A DNA stretch of 63,921 nucleotides, counting the filler, from Perkinsus chesapeaki ATCC PRA-425 (lineage: Eukaryota; Protista; Perkinsozoa), in the NCBI GenBank assembly GCA_013115145.1. It is 9 parts of 9 records of this genome, joined end to end, with 100 filler letters (N's around TTAATTAATTAA, not from the genome) between each part and the next. Parts side by side here need not be neighbours in the genome. Positions count along the whole stretch, not along the records: positions 57,719 to 63,921 come from JAAPAO010001104.1; 8 more parts are not named here. One strand, given 5' to 3'. Of the stretch, positions 57,977 through 63,921 are shown in pieces. The notes below the pieces were generated by a model. That model made no database searches. It had not been told where the DNA came from and saw only the letters and a program-made list of their open reading frames with translations. Position numbers and translations under genes: made by a program. Numbering within the stretch: the first letter of the stretch is position 1; each line of letters opens with the position of its first letter.

Positions 57977-58898
57977 GTGAAGTATTATGGACATAATCTC
58001 GCCGAGCAGAGGGTGGATAAATGTGAAGATAATCCTAAGATGCCAAGGGCACCTCCGCACAAGTAGCAGTCTTCTACTGAGTTCACTTAGCCGGGTGATA
58101 GGTATCGCTCCATCGTGGAAGTGAAGAAGCTACCCGTTGGCTCCTTCGTCGATGTTCGAGGAATCCTGTTAACTTGCAGCCCATTGACTGAGGTGAACTC
58201 GGCATGCTTCGCCAAGATAACTAAAAATACACAGTGGTAAAAGTAATTTAATACTCAAGAGCGCATTAAATTTCAAAATTTTTAATTTTAATGAATCATA
58301 AAAATTAAATTGTAATAATGAATTTATGGTTTACTCAATATAATTGGAAGTACACTTGATATAATTAAGTCAAAACGTTTAGTACAAAGTTGGTTGAAAT
58401 GTCTAGTATGTTTATTGTTTGTGCGGGTTCGAGTACGTCTATCACTCCAGGTGCATGTGAGCAAAACAAACGGAAAGAAGGTGAAGCGTAACTTCTCCAT
58501 AATTGATCAGACGGAGGCAATCCAGATAACAGTTTGGGACGAGCAGTAGGTCCCGACTGCAACAAATCCTAGGCCAATTTCCTACAGGGCTATTCATTCT
58601 ATCATCACACCGGAGTTGGCACTGACGCACCCGACTGTTGCATTTAAAAGCGTACCATGAATCCAAAATGCGAGGAACAGGATCTCAGCAGATACGCGTG
58701 GATGAATTTGATGGGTGCACACTCACGGTGGGACCACATACCTTGATTGAGGTGAGCTATTCCGTAGCTTTGGTATACAGTTCACGTAGGTTCTTACACC
58801 TCCGTTTCGGGAGTATAATTCAGCCGAATACCCGATTGAATTGGACTCCGATTAGATACCTGAAGAAGACAAGAAGCCTCTCAAAATCATTTGACTGA
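57977..58898 (+). CDS. RPA70-like OB-fold ssDNA-binding protein exons (DBD-A end and DBD-B)
   Basis: RVDKCEDNPKMP...|YRSIVEVKKLPVGSFVDVRGILLTCSPLTE|VHVSKTNGKKVKRNFSIIDQTEAIQITVWDE|...HPTVAFKS|IRVDEFDGCTLTVGPHTLIE parallels RPA70 DBD-B (VDIIG...KRNIYLMD...ATLWG...PVLAIK..VSDFGGRSLS). None of these exons is in the supplied ORF track except one fragment. Confidence 0.7.
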
Positions 58899-59033
58899 GA
58901 TACAGGTGCATGACTTGACCAAATTAATGAGATTTCCTTTTTCCAATAAGTCGTGTAGCTCTTTTGTTTAGTGTCAGAGGTGTCTACGGCGTGAATAGTT
59001 GATAGGGGTGGTAAGTCACCATCATTAAACTAG

Positions 59034-59512
59034 ATTAATATTTCCTCTAACCTAAATTAATATTTCCTCTAACCTAAATTANNNNNNNNNNNNNNNNNNN
59101 NNNNNNNNNNNNNNNNNNNNNNNNNNNNNNNNNNNNNNNNNNNNNNNNNNNNNNNNNNNNNNNNNNNNNNNNNNNNNNNNNATATTTCCTCTAAATTAAT
59201 ATTTCCTCTGAATTAATATTTCCTCTAACCTAAATTAATATTTCCTCTAAATTATTATTTCCTCTGAATTAATATTTCCTCTGAATTAATATTTCCTCTA
59301 AATTAATATTTCCTCTGAATTAATATTTCCTCTAACCTAAATTAATATTTCCTCTAAATTAATATTTCCTCTGAATTAACATTTCCCCTAACTTAAATTA
59401 ACATTTCCTCTAAATTAATATTTCCTCTGAATTAATATTTCCTCTAACCTAAATTGATATTTCCTCTAAATTAATATTTCCTCTGAATTAATATTTCCTC
59501 TAACATAAATTA
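59034..59512. repeat. 17/22-bp AT-rich tandem array, collapsed at N gap 59082-59181
   Basis: Core (A/G)AATTAATATTTCCTCT with an optional AACCT extension, often grouped 17+17+22 = 56 bp. Confidence 0.95.
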
Positions 59513-60175
59513 GCTATAGCATGGAATTAGGCCAGACTACAAAGATTTTACTCAATTACTAGTACGGTTGAGTTCGGCAATTTTCAAGGAAAACAAGTGG
59601 GAAAGCCTTGAATCAGATGAGGGATTAGATTTATAACATCTCACTAATCTATGAACATGAATGAATAATAATCTGACTAGTCTGTTATCTTGCTAACATG
59701 AGAGTTATCAATATGTGATATGAAAACCATTTCCTGTAACGTAGCATAATTCATAGTGATTAAACTAATGAATATTTCACTCGAAGAATGAATTTCTTCT
59801 GGAACCGTTGCAGCTGTTTGGTATATAATTCGTATTTTATATGTAATGAGATAGACAATTCCAACTCAGTGGGAGTGAATCGCATATAAATTTGTGTAGT
59901 CATTACACTGTAATAGTCGAATATGAAGAGCTAATGCGGTTCAGTATACCAACGTTGACCAGCAATTCCTGGATATGTCATCTTCCCCTCCCGGTGGTGT
60001 TCGCTTACCGTCTGGAGTCTCTTCTTCCAGTAATTATACTCCTCCCTCAGCGGCGGTATCCAGCAGCAAGAGTTCATCTTGTCGATCTAATTCCTGCTCG
60101 GAAGGTATGGAACTGACAGAGAGTGAATGACTCTGACGAGCAGTCGCAGGTACAGATTCCCCTACGAAAGACTTC

Positions 60176-62866
60176 ATGGCTTGGCTGGAAGAGTGGATCG
60201 AGAGCGATAATGCTGGGCAAGATAGTAGAGATTGTACGAATGCGAGCCCCGAGACGGAGACCCAAGTGAAGGAAACGCGCCAAAGGATAATCTATAAAAC
60301 TGATGGCGATCGGTTCGACTCGATGGAAAATGCACTCGAAAAGCTCATTTGTGAAAGCGGCTATGCCATGACGAGCAAGGGAAGCTATCCGGCAAAAGAC
60401 GGACGACGCCATCACAAGTATGTATGTACATATCAGCGCCGTATTGGATGGAATCCCTGCACTTACGCTGCTCAAATAGTCGAGCAGGGGTCGACCTTTG
60501 AAGTGAGATTCGCCCATTCTCCGCATGACAAGCACCAACACAAGCGCATTCCTGGGTATGAACCTCCAGAAGAGCCCATCCTGAGCAAAGAAGCGATGTC
60601 AGTTGTCGAGAGACAGGCGAAGCAAGGTGTAAAGCCGTGCAACACTTTCCGCTCACTTAGAAATCTCGAACACCTGCCACCTGCCCCCGATCGGCCGAAG
60701 ATCATGAAGTCGATCTTCAATAAGAGGTCCCGGATGAGAGAGCACGATGAGGAGAAGATTGGTAAATCCAAGGCGGAAATTCGTCATTGGTGTGAATCGA
60801 GAATGGCCATACCTGAACGTGATGACCAAGCCTATTGTCTCGACTATTCTTTCGGTAAGAACACCTACTTCGTGTTCTCTACGCCGGGTTTGCTCCGCCA
60901 GAATGGTCCACTACCGACCATAACCGTCGATTTTACCAGCGGCCTCAGCTGGCTTGGCTTCAAAACTCTGGTATGCGGCAGTCTCACAGACGAAGGTCAA
61001 TTTAGACTTCTCGCATTTGCTCTCACCTGCAATGAAACGACTGAGCAGGTTGCGATAGTCTTCTCAGCTCTTCGGAGGCACTGCGAACAGCTGGGGATCG
61101 ATCATATGCCTACAACGTTAGTTGGTGATTCTGCGGACACGTTTTCGAGAGCATATGAGGAAGTAAGCCGAGCACCTGTCAGCAAAATATATAATCATTT
61201 TTATGATATTTTTTACGTTAATTTTTAGGATAATTTGTACAATAATTTTCACAATTAATTTTTACTAAATTTTATGAAATCATTTAGGGAAATTTTTACT
61301 AATAATTTAAGGAAAGTCATTATTTAAAATTGAATTCTAATTAAAGAATAAGAACGAATACAACCGGAATGAAAGTTAAAATAATGGGTATATTTCTCTT
61401 AAAAAAGATCGACATAAAATTAACGTCAAATAATTAGTTGATGCTGCCATTCCGGTAGTAGTGATAGGGAGAAAATACTAAACCACTATTGACAATTTAA
61501 AATAGTAAAATTTTAATCTTAGCCATTAGTTATGCTCCACATCCATAAAATTGTAAAAAAATGTAAAAAATATTGTAAAAGATATTGTGAAAATTATTGT
61601 TAAAAATTTTGTGAAAATGTGATGAGAAATGCTACAAAAATTATCATAAAAATTTTTACGAAAATATCATAGAAATACGGTACAAATTTATTGCAAAAAC
61701 TACTATAAAAATTGTTGTAAAAATTATTGTGAAAATTCTTGTAAAATTATTCTACATGTGATTATTGAAATTTAGTCCAAATTGAAAAATAGAAACAAAT
61801 GTAACCGAAGCGGAAATCGAAATGATAACAGAATTATTGAGATTACATTAACGTTAAGTCTAGTTATGCTTCAGATGTATAACCAGCTGAATCCCGTCGG
61901 GCTAACAGCCCAATTTAAGTGGCCCCTCAATCCGCATTCCGGGTATCGGCTGTATTGTTGGGTCCATATGTACCGCCGGGTTATGGCACATGCGAGCTCA
62001 TATATAAATGTTGAAAGCGAAGGATCACGCGAGAACGCTAAGACGAAAAAGGGAGAATTATTTCGCGACCTCAAGATACTACATTGCTGCGCGAGCGAGG
62101 CCCTATTTGAAGAAGGTGCTGCTTACTTCGCAAAAAGCTGGTTCCTCACCCATCCTAAACTAATGAAGTATCTGGTACCTGCTTGGCTATGTAAGCGCGC
62201 AAGTTGGTTCATCGGCGCATATAACCTACCGTGGTATATTCCACGGCACACGTGTGCCGTGGAAGGTATAAACCACGCCTGCAAATCAGGTAATAGTGCT
62301 CGAGCTGCAGAGTTTCCGTTTTGTTCTGAAAAAGTCATCATGTAGGAAAAATCGAGCAAGGCACGACTTTCAGTATCCTGGTACAGCAAGTTATGGAAGC
62401 CTGTGAGGATTACAGCTGGCTGCATGCAGGCGGTGGTAAACCGCTGACTCTAAATCAAGCGGTTGCGGCCGCTAAGTGGGCAATATCGGAAGATACTATC
62501 ATCTATATATACCAGAAAGATAAATCCCGATATTACTTTATTCCTACATCTCACATCGTTAAGGCTGCTGAGCAGACATCCAAGCTGGATAGAATAATCG
62601 CGCACTATGCGTGCCGGTTCTTAGGCCTTCCAACGACACAGTGGAATAGTTGGAAGCACTTCCGTGACGTCACTTCAAACATCCACATAGTGAATGCCAC
62701 CGATAAGTATTCCTGTACCTGCTATAAAACTAAAAAAGTCAAAATGTGCGATCACAGTCTTGGTACGATGTTACTAGAGTATGGTTATCTTGACTTGAGC
62801 GAGGGCCGCATGCCTTTTGAAGATCTGATTCCATTCGCCCCTTGCACCAAAGGAAGGCCAAAGTAA
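60176..62866 (+). mobile_element. Mutator-like (MULE) transposase gene with two introns
   Basis: Exons 60176-61162, 61875-62289 and 62346-62866 join in frame via GT-AG introns (712 and 56 nt). Features: WRKY/GCM-like KYVC...C...H.H, D1 (ITVDFT), D2 (LVGDSA), CxxH (YCWVH), E (AVEGINH) and a SWIM finger (YSCTC...MCDH). The first acceptor is inferred. Confidence 0.88.
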
Positions 62867-63921
62867 TAATAAGCGCGGTGATACTAGATACGATACAAAT
62901 ACAGAATTTATTCTATTACTTATGCCATTCAGATTATTTCCTTAATTCGAGTAATTAAAAATAAGATATCCCTTATTCGATTCGTTTCACTCAAAATAAC
63001 TTCTTTTAATATGCCGTGTAATGTTATAACCCTATTATAGTCATCTACAATATGAAATAATTCCATTACCACCAAGAATCAAATTCTAATTATATAAGAC
63101 AAAAAACTATACCTAATATTATATTAGTATGGTATCTTAGTAATATACCTATAATCAATGATGAGTTGACGTAATATATTGTTATTAACAAAAAGTCCTA
63201 TAACTTTTGATATTTACTAGAATGCTGGAATTCGTACAGTTGGTATGATATCATACTAATTTGTTTTAGTCTATTAATATATATTTTAAATATATTATAT
63301 TCGTATATAGACTGATAAGAAGTCTAATTTATATAACACCATATAATCTATATGATATAAGCTATAGATGATATATAGCTAGAATATACAATATAATATA
63401 TCAATATATGCTATAGTATGAAATATTATGAAGTATTTTATTACAGATAATCTAGAAATACAAATGATACATATTCAGACTAATATTAGGCTTAATATTC
63501 AAACATATCAAAAAAGTTTATATAAAGATAATAGTCACCACAATTAAAACCTATACACAATTCTCGATGTTCAAGCGCGCTATTGACAGGTATTCGAGAG
63601 CGTCCGCTCTCGAGATTGATCCAGAATACGAAGCGAGGATAAACGGAATCTCACAGAATTTGGATCGCGGACCATCTAACCTCCCACGCCTCCCACACTG
63701 TGCAAGAGAGGTCCAAATTACCGAAGCCCCTAGAATGGAAAAGCAAGGTGAGTGGTATATTCTATGAGCCACATTAGAGTTATTTGAGGGAAGTCGTTAG
63801 AACGTTTAGGACAAATTTCACCTAACTAGTGAGTTCCAGAACGAATAACGCTCACTTGCAGCAGACTTTTCAGTTCCGGAGAGATTCCAGAATGAACCCG
63901 AATCCTGCGACGTGGCCATAT

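Noticed and set aside
62867-63921. Right TIR of the MULE
   Set aside because: No inverted counterpart to 57719-60175 is visible; it may lie outside the window or be eroded.

Overview
This is eukaryotic DNA, not a prokaryotic locus, and not one continuous locus. Eight 100-bp artificial spacers (N44-TTAATTAATTAA-N44) join nine unrelated scaffold pieces: 1-10117, 10218-18931, 19032-22917, 23018-30697, 30798-32421, 32522-38406, 38507-40459, 40560-57618 and 57719-63921. Four further N-only gaps each fall in a collapsed tandem array. Short GT-AG introns (44-56 nt), alveolate-type genes and a mix of mid-GC and extremely AT-rich pieces fit a Perkinsus-like myzozoan (inference, no search run). Recognisable host genes are an SLC35D-type nucleotide-sugar transporter, a Bax-inhibitor/TMBIM protein, a Rubicon-homology (Def8/PLEKHM-like) protein, a bacterial-like GH19 chitinase with a 1-nt frameshift, a TauE C-terminus, DNMT2, a degenerate SET protein, an AAAP amino-acid transporter, COX10, two helical-repeat proteins with half RAP domains, a RING exon, a MYST acetyltransferase and an RPA70-like OB-fold gene. 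Mobile DNA comprises a tyrosine-recombinase (DIRS/Ngaro-like) retrotransposon, an intron-containing MULE transposase and small CAGGGT-ended foldback/MITE-like elements. The most unusual system is the YR retrotransposon. Its gag, RT, thumb/RNase H and recombinase lie in four non-overlapping ORFs, each preceded by a pyrimidine tract plus AG like the host genes, and the polymerase is split at the primer-grip hairpin. Other notable items are an antisense tRNA-Thr 3' half ending exactly at a splice acceptor, spliced-leader-like relics upstream of start codons, and a 23-bp minisatellite with higher-order structure inside a DNMT2 intron.
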